Shown here one piece after another: positions 29,055 through 38,350 of a stretch of DNA of 64,000 bases (position 1 is its first letter; each line of letters opens with the position of its first letter). Under the pieces are notes generated by a model, which saw nothing but the letters and a program-made list of their open reading frames with translations, was not told the DNA's origin and ran no database searches. The position numbers and the translations under genes were made by a program. Source of the stretch: a virus; the IMG/VR virus record IMGVR_UViG_3300045988_182459, positions 66,120 through 130,119 of that record. One strand, 5' to 3'.

Positions 29055-30487
29055 CGAGCTTATCGCAGGCCGCAGCCCTTGATAGAGGCTCACTCTCCAC
29101 AGACTTTAAGATTCGGTCGTCCTGACCGTACTGTTCGCCTGTGGTTATGAGGTGGCTGGCATAGCCAGCATGTCCATTCCTTTCTTTAGAATATTTTCTG
29201 CTGCATTTTTATCCCTATCGTGTGATGTATTACACTTCGGGCAGACCCAATGCCGCACATTGAGGCTTTTAACCTCTTTGTTTTGGTATCCGCAGCAGGA
29301 ACAGGTCTGGCTGCTTGGATAGAATGTTGGTACTTTGACAACTACTCTTCCTGCCCAACTGGATTTATAATCAAGTTGTCGAAAAAATTCTCCCCAAGAA
29401 GCGTCAGAAATACTTTTAGCAAGGTTACGATTACGAACCATACCCTTTACATTGAGGTCTTCTACACAGATGATTTGGTTTTCTTTCACCAGTGTGGACG
29501 ACAACTTATGTAGGGTATCTTTTCGTTTGTTGGTTATTTTTTCGTGGCAGCGAGCCACCTTGATGCGCTGCTTTTCCCAGTTGGCAGAGCCTTTCTTCTT
29601 GCATGACAGTTTTTTCTGCTCACGCTTTAGTTTAGCTTCCGCTTTCTGTAGATACTTATGGTTTGGATGTTCGTTTCCATTGCTGTCAACAGCAAAAGAT
29701 TTGATGCCAACATCCAAGCCGATAGCGACATTCTTAACAGGAAGCGGTGCTACTTCTACTTCGCAAAGAATGCTTACATAGTATTTTCCGCTTGCTGAAC
29801 GACGGATTGTTGCCTTGCAAATACGACCTTCAATGTTGCGGCTTTTGCGATAGCGCACCTTTCCAAGTGTAGGAAGCTGAATGTACTTATCGTCAACTTT
29901 AATGCTTTTTGCTTTAGTAGTTGTATAACTTTCTTCTCCTCTTTTTCGTTTGAATTGAGGGAATCCTTTACCGTCTTTGAAAAAGCCTTTATAGGCATTA
30001 TCTAACTGACGACAGCTATATTTGAGTGCTTGGCTATCCGCTTCAGCAAGCCAAGGAAGATAGGTCTTCATCTGAGGAAGTAGATTTTGCGTATCAATAT
30101 AGCTCATGCTTTCGCCGCGCCGCCTATAGGCTTTTATTCGCCTATCTAATATAGAGTTATATATAAAGCGGCAGCAGCCGAGCGTTTTATTGATTTTTAC
30201 TTCCTGCTCTTCTGTAGGCTCTAGCCGAAATTTATAGCCTTTATGTACTTTCAAGGTGATTCACCTCCTTTATGGATTTTTGTACTTGTGAATTGGTCAA
30301 ACCCCCGGAAAAAGTTGAATAGCCTGTTTTTCTCCTCCCACAATTCTTTCTAACATAATTATATCATATTTTACAGATGGACGGGCCAAAATCGCAACTT
30401 TGTTCATGAATACTTAACCTTTATGCACGAGATTTATTGTTGCCCTAATATATAAAACTAGAGCCCCGTCATCTTGGATGGGGCTCT
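29055..30487 (-). mobile_element. IS200/IS605-family TnpB-only (IS1341-like) element
   Basis: Contains the TnpB gene. Subterminal hairpin AGAGCCCCGTCATCTTGGATGGGGCTCT at 30460-30487 (left end). Right-end hairpins CGGTCGTCCTGACCG and GCTGGCATAGCCAGC near 29115-29172. Boundaries are approximate. Confidence 0.6.
29145..30254 (-). CDS. tnpB: TnpB (IS200/IS605 OrfB RNA-guided endonuclease)
   Basis: RuvC motifs [18 protein letters not shown] and [12 protein letters not shown]. Zinc finger CSCCGY...CPKCN. Confidence 0.9.
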   Translation of the reverse strand: MKVHKGYKFRLEPTEEQEVKINKTLGCCRFIYNSILDRRIKAYRRRGESMSYIDTQNLLPQMKTYLPWLAEADSQALKYSCRQLDNAYKGFFKDGKGFPQFKRKRGEESYTTTKAKSIKVDDKYIQLPTLGKVRYRKSRNIEGRICKATIRRSASGKYYVSILCEVEVAPLPVKNVAIGLDVGIKSFAVDSNGNEHPNHKYLQKAEAKLKREQKKLSCKKKGSANWEKQRIKVARCHEKITNKRKDTLHKLSSTLVKENQIICVEDLNVKGMVRNRNLAKSISDASWGEFFRQLDYKSSWAGRVVVKVPTFYPSSQTCSCCGYQNKEVKSLNVRHWVCPKCNTSHDRDKNAAENILKKGMDMLAMPATS

Positions 30488-30616
30488 TGAGTTGTAGCTG
30501 GAGGTGTATCTCATTTTGTGCCAGGGGTATTGTATGGTAGTTTTCGAAAATGAGTGCAAAAAAACAAACACCAGAAGTCAAACTCAAAAATATCTTAGTC
30601 TTGGCAAGTTTACCCT

Positions 30617-30643
30617 TGCGCTGCTGTGCGAACTTCGTACAAT
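30617..30643 (+). promoter_or_regulatory. box promoter site 0.5: TTGCGC-16-TACAAT with GTGCGAAC in the spacer
   Basis: Read directly. Followed by about 100 nt and then the terminator at 30746-30782. No credible ORF lies between them. Confidence 0.5.
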
Positions 30644-30745
30644 AAGAATTGTACAAGAGAAACGGCAAGAGACATTTGTAGTGATTGTAGTTGGTCGCCA
30701 CGAATCGATGCCGTGTCTGCTTGCGCATAATTACCTCTTTTCGAA

Positions 30746-30782
30746 GCCCACAGGTCATTCTCTCACCTGTGGGTTTTGTTTA
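30746..30782 (+). terminator. intrinsic terminator with a TTTTGTTTATTGCGG tail (overlaps the -35 of site 1)
   Basis: CCCACAGG...CCTGTGGG stem plus a T-run. Confidence 0.55.
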
Positions 30783-30810
30783 TTGCGGAATCGTGCGAAT
30801 TGCGGACAAT
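30783..30810 (+). promoter_or_regulatory. box promoter site 1: TTGCGG-16-GACAAT with GTGCGAAT in the spacer
   Basis: Read directly. Drives a roughly 390-nt leader before the flotillin operon. Confidence 0.55.
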
Positions 30811-30888
30811 TAAAGACAGAGCGATTGCGAGATGGGGCGATACCGATGCAGTAGGAATGAGAATCTTAGCAGCTAAAAGAGTCAACAA

Positions 30889-30924
30889 CCCCGCCTAAAC
30901 CGGTTCGCCGGTTATAGACGGGGC
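30889..30924 (-). repeat. GC-clamped REP/IS-end-like hairpin (inverted copy of the element at 40074-40105)
   Basis: The reverse complement GCCCCGTCTATAACCGGCGAACCGGTTTAGGCGGGG shares GCCCCGTCTATA...TTAGGCGGGG with 40074-40105. Confidence 0.55.
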
Positions 30925-31138
30925 TTGCGGGGCAACCTGTAAGCCCAGTTGATTAGCCTAAGCCCATTGCTCCGGCAGTGGGGAAAACTACGTTGTGTAC
31001 TAATAATATAGGCACCTTATCCATGCTCCACAAGTGGTGAGCTCTGCAGGCGTTTCGTTAAACATCTCCGAGGGGAGGAGAAGTGCGAGCGTCATGTCGA
31101 AAGGCTAAAACAGTGCATAACATTGGCGAAGTGGACCA

Positions 31139-31177
31139 CAGGACGCAAGTCCTGACTTATAGTTTTATTACTATTTT
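31139..31177 (+). terminator. weak leader terminator just upstream of the flotillin gene
   Basis: CAGGAC-GCAA-GTCCTG followed by a U-rich ACTTATAGTTTTATTACTATTTT. Confidence 0.35.
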
Positions 31178-31198
31178 ACGAATGGAGAAACAAAAATT

Positions 31199-32842
31199 AT
31201 GGTATATGTGATTGCGATTGTGGCAGCCCTGATTATTCTCTTTGGATTTCTCTGCTACAAGAAAGCTCCGCCCACGGAGGCTATCGTTGTGACCGGCTTT
31301 GGTCTGTCTAAGCCTAAAGTAGTTTGCGGAAAAGGTACATTTGTTCTGCCCGTTCTTCAGCGGGCTGACCGGCTAAATATGCGCCTTCTGAAAATTGACG
31401 TCAAAACTCCTGAAACAGGTGTTAAGACGAAGAACGGCGTAAGTCTCTGGATTGACTCTGTTGTCACGATTCAAGTCTACAGCGAAAACTCTACCGTTCT
31501 GGATGAAGAAGTGAAGGCATCCGGTCTGAAAGACGCCAAGGCGTACATCATGTCCCGCCAACAGGCAGCCATCTCGAACTTTCTGGGCATGAACGAGCAG
31601 GGCATCAATGAGAAAGTTAATGACGTTCTGCAGGGCAATTTGCGTGAGATTGTCTCTGACATGACCGTCGACCAAATTCTGACGAACCGCAAGCAGATGG
31701 CTGTGAGCGTTATCGAGAATGCTCGCCCCGACCTTGCTAAGATGGGACTTGAGGTCGTGACTTTTAACGTCCAGGATATCAGGGATGCGGTGGATGTTCA
31801 GGGCCACAACCACGGCGTCATTGAGGCTATCGGCATTGAACAGGAAGAGCTTGTGAAAAAACAGGCTGAAATTGCCCGTGCTCAGGCTGCCCGTGATGTA
31901 GCCTGCGCGAAGGCCGATGCTGAGATGGCTGCAAATGCCAAGGAAGTTGAAGCGCAGACTGCGATTGCAAAACGCAACAATGAATTGCAGCTCGCCAAGG
32001 CAAAGCTGAAAGCTGAAGCTGATAAAGCTGCGGCTGACGCAGATGCTGCCGGTCAGATTCAGATGAATCTCCGCGCCAAAGAAATCAAAGAAGCGGAAGC
32101 GGATGCTGAAATCGCCAAGCAGAAGAAAATGGTAGACCTTGCCGCACAGGAAGCCGAGGTCCAGCAACGCAAACTGGATGCGGAAGTCCGCAAACAGGCA
32201 GATGCTGACCTGTACCGCCGCCAGAAAGAGGCAGAAGCCAAGAAATATGAGGCGGAACGTGCAGCTGAGGCACAGAAGTTCTCCAAGCAGCAGGAAGCAG
32301 AAGGCATTGAACTTGTCGGTAAGGCAGAAGCTGAAGCGATTCGTCAGAAAGGCTTGGCTGAAGCGGAAGCCATGAAACAGAAAGCAGAGGCATATAAGCA
32401 GTATAACGATGCGGCTGTGGCTGAAATGCTCATCAAGGTTCTTCCTGACATTGCCAAAAGCGTGGCTCAGCCTTTGTCCAGCATTGATAAGGTTTCTATC
32501 ATTGGCGGTGACGCCTCCGGCGTATCCGGCGTTTCCGGGAACGTTCCTATCCTGATGGCTCAAACCATGCAGACGGTGAAAGAAGCGACCGGAATCGACA
32601 TGGGCGAAATTGTCCGTGCCAACAGCATCCAGGCAAAGACCGACCGCAACATCAACATCATGAATCAAGGCGAACAGCCTGTGAATAGTGAAAAGGAAGG
32701 AGGTGTCAATGCTATGGAACGCGTAGAAGGCGGCTATCTAATTCATGAGAAGAGTCTCAACGGTGAGGAAGTCACTCATTTTCGACCGGATGTGACCGAA
32801 GAAGAGAAGGCTATCATGAAAGACAAAAAGGCCAAAGATTAA
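31199..32842 (+). CDS. flotillin-like SPFH/band-7 protein with a long A/E/K-rich coiled coil
   Basis: N-terminal TM helix. SPFH core ...VVTGFGLSKPKVVCGKGTFVLP.... An (AEA)n-rich helical C-terminus, as in FloT/YqiK. Confidence 0.8.
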   Translation: MVYVIAIVAALIILFGFLCYKKAPPTEAIVVTGFGLSKPKVVCGKGTFVLPVLQRADRLNMRLLKIDVKTPETGVKTKNGVSLWIDSVVTIQVYSENSTVLDEEVKASGLKDAKAYIMSRQQAAISNFLGMNEQGINEKVNDVLQGNLREIVSDMTVDQILTNRKQMAVSVIENARPDLAKMGLEVVTFNVQDIRDAVDVQGHNHGVIEAIGIEQEELVKKQAEIARAQAARDVACAKADAEMAANAKEVEAQTAIAKRNNELQLAKAKLKAEADKAAADADAAGQIQMNLRAKEIKEAEADAEIAKQKKMVDLAAQEAEVQQRKLDAEVRKQADADLYRRQKEAEAKKYEAERAAEAQKFSKQQEAEGIELVGKAEAEAIRQKGLAEAEAMKQKAEAYKQYNDAAVAEMLIKVLPDIAKSVAQPLSSIDKVSIIGGDASGVSGVSGNVPILMAQTMQTVKEATGIDMGEIVRANSIQAKTDRNINIMNQGEQPVNSEKEGGVNAMERVEGGYLIHEKSLNGEEVTHFRPDVTEEEKAIMKDKKAKD

Positions 32843-32963
32843 AGACAACGAATAAAAAGAGGGTGACTCGAAAGAGCCATCCTTTTTTCTGTTGTGACGC
32901 AAACGAAAAGTTCATGGTAGCCATCCAATTAGGGTGACTGTCTTTTTTGCATGTTAAGGCTTT

Positions 32964-32991
32964 GTTGCTGAATCGTGCGAATCGAAGATAA
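32964..32991 (+). promoter_or_regulatory. box promoter site 2: TTGCTG-16-GATAAT with GTGCGAAT in the spacer
   Basis: Read directly. Lies upstream of the 33063 gene. Confidence 0.5.
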
Positions 32992-33062
32992 TTAGAAGCA
33001 AAAGATACTTCGTATCAAGCCCTCTTGATAGCAAATAGAGTAAAACCGGAGAGGTGAAGTTA

Positions 33063-33866
33063 ATGCTCGGCGTGAGTTTGATTATCATAGCAGCGGCTAT
33101 AGTCTACATGGTCGAAACCTATATCAGCACCTATTACACTATCGAATACATGCACGGAACATCGCTGTTCCTTATCCTCCTTGCGAAATATGGCACGCCA
33201 GTCCTGTTCCTGCTGCTCTGCGCCTACATTGCATATCGCAATTTTCTCAAAAAGCAGAAAGCTGCGGCTTCTGCTGCATCTGAACGGTCTACAAGCAAAG
33301 AAGAGCTGTATACCAACAAAATTCAAACGGCAGTAAAGACAAAAAGCGTCTTCTCAGAGCAGGCTGACCAAATGCTGTATCAGGTACGGCGCTTCGGGCA
33401 AAAAATGGCCGTTGCCTACAGCATGACCCAGGATAGCAAGACATCCGGGGAACAAGCCAAGTGCCTAACGTTATTGGAATCCGCAGAACGTATCTTCTAT
33501 GACCGACTGGATGACGCGATTCGCTCGGCTTCAATGTTTGATGAAACGGAATACAAGGCTTTCTGTCAAGGCTCTATCTCGTTTGGAAACAAAGAAGAAG
33601 CGCAGAAAAAGAAAGAAATCTACAATGGTATCGTAAGTACCGTGGATAAGGTAGTTCATGACAATGAGCGCTTAATCCTCCGATTGGATTCTTTAGCATA
33701 CGCTCTGAACCAACGTTCTGCCCAGAATCCGTGGGATACAGAGGTTGTCCTCGCAATGTCTAAGCTAGACGCTGTCATCAACAAGACGACGCAGGACATC
33801 GAGCAGGATGAAGTAATCAGTCGTGAGGCTATGAAACGATATAACAACTTGAAAGGAGAAATTTAA
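33063..33866 (+). CDS. membrane protein (two N-terminal TM helices plus a helical cytoplasmic domain; XpaC/TelA-like architecture)
   Basis: RBS GGAGAGG 8 nt before ATG 33063. No confident family. Confidence 0.55.
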   Translation: MLGVSLIIIAAAIVYMVETYISTYYTIEYMHGTSLFLILLAKYGTPVLFLLLCAYIAYRNFLKKQKAAASAASERSTSKEELYTNKIQTAVKTKSVFSEQADQMLYQVRRFGQKMAVAYSMTQDSKTSGEQAKCLTLLESAERIFYDRLDDAIRSASMFDETEYKAFCQGSISFGNKEEAQKKKEIYNGIVSTVDKVVHDNERLILRLDSLAYALNQRSAQNPWDTEVVLAMSKLDAVINKTTQDIEQDEVISREAMKRYNNLKGEI

Positions 33867-33867
33867 C

Positions 33868-35562
33868 GTGACAAAAAAGAACATTTTCCCTGTAGTTGCA
33901 ACCATTGCTGTGGTAGGCATTGTTCTCGGAGTTTTTTCGATGACGGTGATGAGGGACTCAAACGTCAGCATTAGTACAATGACGTCCGAGCAGGCATATG
34001 CCAACTTGAGCAGCAAGATGAAGCGCATCGGCGTGCAGGAGGTCAAGGTCAATCCTCAGCAGCTGGATGTCTCTGAATTCCTTGATGCAAAGGATGAACT
34101 GCCCGACATTGAATCCTCCTACCCATTCGTGGTCGTAGGAAACGGAGATGTGAACATCGAAATCTTTTCCTCTGGCGAGAAAGCAGCAGAGTCCGGCTCA
34201 GATTCTTTCCTGACAAGCATGGCAAAAAAGTTCAATGCCCAGCACAACAAGACTTCCGGAGACAAGACTATGAGTGTCTCCCTGCGCTCCGTTCCGTCCG
34301 GTACGGCGGCTGAGTACATCTCGACGGGAAAGTATCAGCCCGAGTGCTATACCCCCTCAAATACGCTCTTTGGCGAGCTGGTGAAGAACGAGGGCGTAGA
34401 ATTGACCGTTGAGGCTGACCGTCTGGCCGGCAATGTGGCGGGTATTCTCGTATCAAAGAAGACAGGGGATATGCTTCGCTCTGAATACGGTGAAGCGTCT
34501 GTTTCTTCCGTTCTGAACGCAACCATCGATGGCAAACTCATGATGGGATACTCGAACCCCTACACAAGTGCTACGGGTCTTAATTTTCTGCTTGAGGCTC
34601 TTGCAAGCAGTGGCAGCGATACGATTGTCGATACGGCTGCTGTTGAGAATTTCCAGAAATTTCAAGCGAACGTCCCTCTCGTATCCTTCACGACCCAGCA
34701 GATGGTCCAGTCGGCTGACAAGGGTATCGTGGACGGTGTCGTGATGGAGTACCAGTCTTATCAGAATGACCCGACCTTGCAGCGCAACTACGAATTCATC
34801 CCGTTCGGTGTACGGCACGATAATCCTCTGTATTCCATCGGGAATGTCTCTGCGGAGAAGAAGGAAGTTATTGCTGCGTTCGTTTCCCTCTGCGCCCAGA
34901 ATCAGGCAGAAGCGACGAAGGACGGGTTCAATGGTCTTGACGACTATGCTTATACAGGCAAGGCATACGACGGTAACACCATCGCACAGGCTCAGAGTGT
35001 CTGGAAAGAAGAGAAGGACTCCGGCATTCCTATTGTGGCAGAGTTCGTTGTCGATACTTCCGGCTCGATGCGCGGCGAACCCCTGAATGCCCTGAAAACC
35101 GCAATGATAAACACCATCCAGTATATCAATGACGACAACTATATCGGCATCATTGGCTTTGATTCAGATGTCAGGGAATACCTGCCCATTGACCAGTTCT
35201 CTCTGACCCAGAAAACTCTGTATAAGGGTGCCGTGAACTCCCTCGATGCGAACGGCAGCACCGCAATGTACAACGGTCTTTGCGTTGCTATGGACCGCAT
35301 CTACCAGAAATCTCAGGAACTGGGTGGGAATTGCACGCCCATCATCTTTGTGCTCACGGACGGTGACAACAATACCGGATATGGCTTCTCCGATACGAAG
35401 AACATCATTGCCGGTATGGATATCCCCATTTACACCATCAGCTACAACTACGCAGCGGATAGTCTTTCGGAGCTCGCTTCCATCAACGAAGCGGCAGCTA
35501 TCGTTGGTAACAGCGAGGATATCACCTACAAGCTCCGCAACCTGTTTAACGCAGAGATGTAA
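33868..35562 (+). CDS. membrane-anchored protein with a C-terminal von Willebrand factor A (vWA) domain
   Basis: N-terminal TM helix. MIDAS motif DTSGS, then ...GSTAM... and LTDGDNN. RBS AAAGGAGAA 7 nt before GTG. Confidence 0.75.
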   Translation: MTKKNIFPVVATIAVVGIVLGVFSMTVMRDSNVSISTMTSEQAYANLSSKMKRIGVQEVKVNPQQLDVSEFLDAKDELPDIESSYPFVVVGNGDVNIEIFSSGEKAAESGSDSFLTSMAKKFNAQHNKTSGDKTMSVSLRSVPSGTAAEYISTGKYQPECYTPSNTLFGELVKNEGVELTVEADRLAGNVAGILVSKKTGDMLRSEYGEASVSSVLNATIDGKLMMGYSNPYTSATGLNFLLEALASSGSDTIVDTAAVENFQKFQANVPLVSFTTQQMVQSADKGIVDGVVMEYQSYQNDPTLQRNYEFIPFGVRHDNPLYSIGNVSAEKKEVIAAFVSLCAQNQAEATKDGFNGLDDYAYTGKAYDGNTIAQAQSVWKEEKDSGIPIVAEFVVDTSGSMRGEPLNALKTAMINTIQYINDDNYIGIIGFDSDVREYLPIDQFSLTQKTLYKGAVNSLDANGSTAMYNGLCVAMDRIYQKSQELGGNCTPIIFVLTDGDNNTGYGFSDTKNIIAGMDIPIYTISYNYAADSLSELASINEAAAIVGNSEDITYKLRNLFNAEM

Positions 35563-35681
35563 CTCAAAAGCGCGGTTTTGTCCGCGCAGCTGCTCCAAAA
35601 GACAGCCTCCACGCGGCGAGCAGCGGGCAACGGGAGACAGTCCCGGCAAATTGTCTTTGAGACGGAAGGAAGAAGTGCCCT

Positions 35682-36071
35682 ATGCGAGTACAACAGGTTC
35701 CGAACTCACCCTATTTCATCCATTACGACGATGAGGGCTTTTGCTGTATATCCAAAAGCAGAGAAAGCCAAGAACCTATCCCGGAATCTGAGATGCAAGC
35801 GTTCCTTGATGCAGTAGCCAACGGGTTACTCTACATCGAGAAAGAGCGAAAGAGCAGATACCAGCGCATCGAAGAAGCCGAAAAAGCAGCTTTTGCCAAG
35901 GGTGAAGCGGAAGGTCGAGAAGATAAGCTGCTCGCCACAGTCAAGGAGCTGAAGGAAGAACAAGCGTCAAGAGCAGAGTATGAGCGCAAGCTGCAATATG
36001 AAGTATATGCTCATCATACTTCGCACACCACGAAAACCGAGTGGGTTCGCCTTGGTCGTGGAGGATGGTGA
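35682..36071 (+). CDS. hypothetical protein
   Basis: 129-aa ORF with a coiled-coil-like central region. Confidence 0.5.
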   Translation: MRVQQVPNSPYFIHYDDEGFCCISKSRESQEPIPESEMQAFLDAVANGLLYIEKERKSRYQRIEEAEKAAFAKGEAEGREDKLLATVKELKEEQASRAEYERKLQYEVYAHHTSHTTKTEWVRLGRGGW

Positions 36072-36076
36072 TTGAC

Positions 36077-36415
36077 ATGATGGGAAGCATTCCGATTCCG
36101 AATACAAGATTTTATCTGACCAGCATCGATGGCAAAAAGTGGTTCGTAACAGAATACTACAGAACCGCACCATTTAACCCCGACAAAGAGACCTATGACT
36201 TGTACAAGGCGTTTGCGGAAGCATTCAGAAAGAACGAAATGGAAGAGCAGGAGTTTCAAGAGGAGCTCAAAAAGGCCGTCAATAAAGCTTACGGAAACGG
36301 CTTATACGCCGGACGGCATAGTGTTGATTTCTGGCGGCAACCAGCTTATCATGAACTACGAGCAGGCACAGGAATTGTTCGGCATCAAGTTTCGGCGCTG
36401 GCTGGGCATCTTTAA
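36077..36415 (+). CDS. hypothetical protein; possible frameshift near 36300 (the alternative frame continues to 36422)
   Basis: The N-terminal part is coding-like. The last ~40 codons look out-of-frame (R/H-rich). The +1 frame reads a natural-looking ...GIVLISGGNQLIMNYEQAQELFGIKFRRWLGIF. Confidence 0.4.
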   Translation: MMGSIPIPNTRFYLTSIDGKKWFVTEYYRTAPFNPDKETYDLYKAFAEAFRKNEMEEQEFQEELKKAVNKAYGNGLYAGRHSVDFWRQPAYHELRAGTGIVRHQVSALAGHL

Positions 36416-36430
36416 CCTCTAATATGCATG

Positions 36431-36466
36431 GCAGGTTCTTTTCGGAGCCTGCCTTCTTATTTCGCA
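36431..36466 (+). terminator. rho-independent terminator
   Basis: GGCAGGTTCTTTTCGGAGCCTGCC followed by TTCTTATTT. Confidence 0.55.
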
Positions 36467-36473
36467 AAAATAG

Positions 36474-36501
36474 TTGCCCATTTGTGCGAATTGCAGACAA
36501 T
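36474..36501 (+). promoter_or_regulatory. box promoter site 3: TTGCCC-16-GACAAT with GTGCGAAT in the spacer
   Basis: Read directly. Confidence 0.5.
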
Positions 36502-36584
36502 CAGAAATAAAGCGTAAAGCAAAGGAGTTGAGTACCATCTCAAAATTTGCAAGCAAAAAGTTGATTGAGCGAAATTGCAATATC

Positions 36585-37052
36585 ATGAAAGACTACGGCA
36601 ACGGCTATTCCATTGAGGAGCTTGCCGCAAAATACAGGTTGAGCGTCCGTACATGCTATCGAGCGTTAGACGACGCGAAACAGGAGGCCAGAATTCAGTT
36701 GGCGCAGGTAGAGGATGCTAGAAAGGCCGAAATTCTTGCGGCATACAAGAACAGTGTCCCTCTCAAGGAAATGATTGCGAAATTTAACGTGGCAGAAGGA
36801 TATTGCAGCATGGTTGCCAACGATGCGGGCCTGACTGAAAACCGTAGAAATGAGCGCATCAAAATTCGGCAAAAACCCCGCAATGAGAATATCTTTCGAG
36901 AATACGAGAGTGGCGTGCCGGTGCAGAAACTATCCGAAAAATATCAGCTCTCGGTTCCTGGTATTTACAAGGTTATCCAGCGAGTGAGAAGGCAAAAGGA
37001 GGCGATGAGTCTTGCAATGGATTGTGAAGCAAACCAAATCGAAAGGATATGA
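36585..37052 (+). CDS. DNA-binding protein with three tandem HTH modules (sigma region-4 / HTH_23-like repeats)
   Basis: Repeats YSIEELAAKYRLSVRTCYRAL / VPLKEMIAKFNVAEGYCSMV / VPVQKLSEKYQLSVPGIYKVIQRV. Start codon is uncertain (weak RBS). Confidence 0.5.
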   Translation: MKDYGNGYSIEELAAKYRLSVRTCYRALDDAKQEARIQLAQVEDARKAEILAAYKNSVPLKEMIAKFNVAEGYCSMVANDAGLTENRRNERIKIRQKPRNENIFREYESGVPVQKLSEKYQLSVPGIYKVIQRVRRQKEAMSLAMDCEANQIERI

Positions 37053-37650
37053 GTTCACCTTCGATATCGTGAAAGGCAAGGCCGTTATCGGGCAGGCACA
37101 CTATATCCCGAAATTGCTACGGCAGGGTTATGGCATCCGGCTGAATGATTCCAAGTTCCTGCTGCAATACATGCCAGCTGCTGACGCAAGGGCGTACATG
37201 CGCGGCATCAACACAAAAGATATTCTGAGACACCCTTTTGCTATCCGTGAGAACAACTGCACGGTAGGCGAGATTTCCGTCATCCATACAAAAACCGGAT
37301 TCCTCCAAGGATACAATTCTATCGCCATGCAGCTGTATGGCGAGGAATACCAGAGCTACAAAATTGGTTTTGGAAAAGAAGGAGTATGCTGCCCTGTATT
37401 TCTTGGCGGACAGCAAATCGCCCAAATCAATAAGAGCGCGGTGGTCAAGGATAATCTGGATGAATACCTGATTTACGCAGTGAATGAAAAGGCACTGATG
37501 CCGTCCGTCATGTTCGCCATTTATATTGATGGAATATACTACGCAAACCGAGGCATGTATGTGGATGACGCAACGACTATCAACTGCGAATACAGCTTGA
37601 ACGAGGAAGTCCTGTCCCACTACGACCCGAATTTTGTCAAAGGACTATGA
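37012..37650 (+). CDS. hypothetical protein
   Basis: RBS AAAGGAGG 9 nt before TTG 37012. Overlaps the upstream gene end. Confidence 0.5.
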   Translation: MQWIVKQTKSKGYEFTFDIVKGKAVIGQAHYIPKLLRQGYGIRLNDSKFLLQYMPAADARAYMRGINTKDILRHPFAIRENNCTVGEISVIHTKTGFLQGYNSIAMQLYGEEYQSYKIGFGKEGVCCPVFLGGQQIAQINKSAVVKDNLDEYLIYAVNEKALMPSVMFAIYIDGIYYANRGMYVDDATTINCEYSLNEEVLSHYDPNFVKGL

Positions 37651-37683
37651 CTCCGATAACTGGTATTCACAGACAATATCATG

Positions 37684-37711
37684 TTGCGAAACTGTGCGAA
37701 TTGCAGACAAT
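37684..37711 (+). promoter_or_regulatory. box promoter site 4: TTGCGA-16-GACAAT with GTGCGAAT in the spacer
   Basis: Read directly. Confidence 0.5.
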
Positions 37712-37750
37712 TAAAAGTGAATGAATTACAAAAGCTACAGAGGATAAACA

Positions 37751-38350
37751 ATGAGCTATGAACCCATTATCACACCGGGCAGGAATTTCTTTCTTGTCTC
37801 GACGGAGTACAAAGAGAGCAGCTCTGCCTGGTGCCGCAAGCAAATTAGAGCGACACTGAGGACCTGTCAGGGACGAGTCATCATCATTGATGCAACGGGC
37901 GAGTACGCGGACTTGGCGCTTGAACATGACAGATTGATTCGAGAGAAAATCCCGTCCATCATTTATCGGTATAAGCTGGTGGACGGGAAACCGTATATTG
38001 CTCATGTCATTGAAGTTGATACGGAAGCAAATGAAGCACCGCACCTGATTGTATACGATATCAGCCGGACCATAATCACCAGCTGGAAGGTCGGCGTGGA
38101 GGCAATTGATAAAATCCTACAATCCTATGCCGTGATGCAGGACAGTGAAATCGCGTGGCTGTATGTTCCGCTGGACTTATATACCAATGTCAAGCCCGAA
38201 AGCGAATCCTGGAACATTTTGGAACGAACTATCAAGGGTAATGAAGGCAAGCTCATGACAGTACTGACGACTCGCAAATTCACCATTGGGATGGTCCAGC
38301 GCTGTTTGCATATGGCAAAAATCAAAAATAATTTGGAGGATAACAAATGA
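37751..38350 (+). CDS. hypothetical protein
   Basis: RBS AGAGGATAAAC before ATG. 199 aa. Confidence 0.5.
   Translation: MSYEPIITPGRNFFLVSTEYKESSSAWCRKQIRATLRTCQGRVIIIDATGEYADLALEHDRLIREKIPSIIYRYKLVDGKPYIAHVIEVDTEANEAPHLIVYDISRTIITSWKVGVEAIDKILQSYAVMQDSEIAWLYVPLDLYTNVKPESESWNILERTIKGNEGKLMTVLTTRKFTIGMVQRCLHMAKIKNNLEDNK

Noticed and set aside
30811-31198. Known riboswitch or T-box in the flotillin leader
   Set aside because: I could not see T-box AGGGUGG/specifier features or any riboswitch core I recognise. It is left as an unclassified structured leader.
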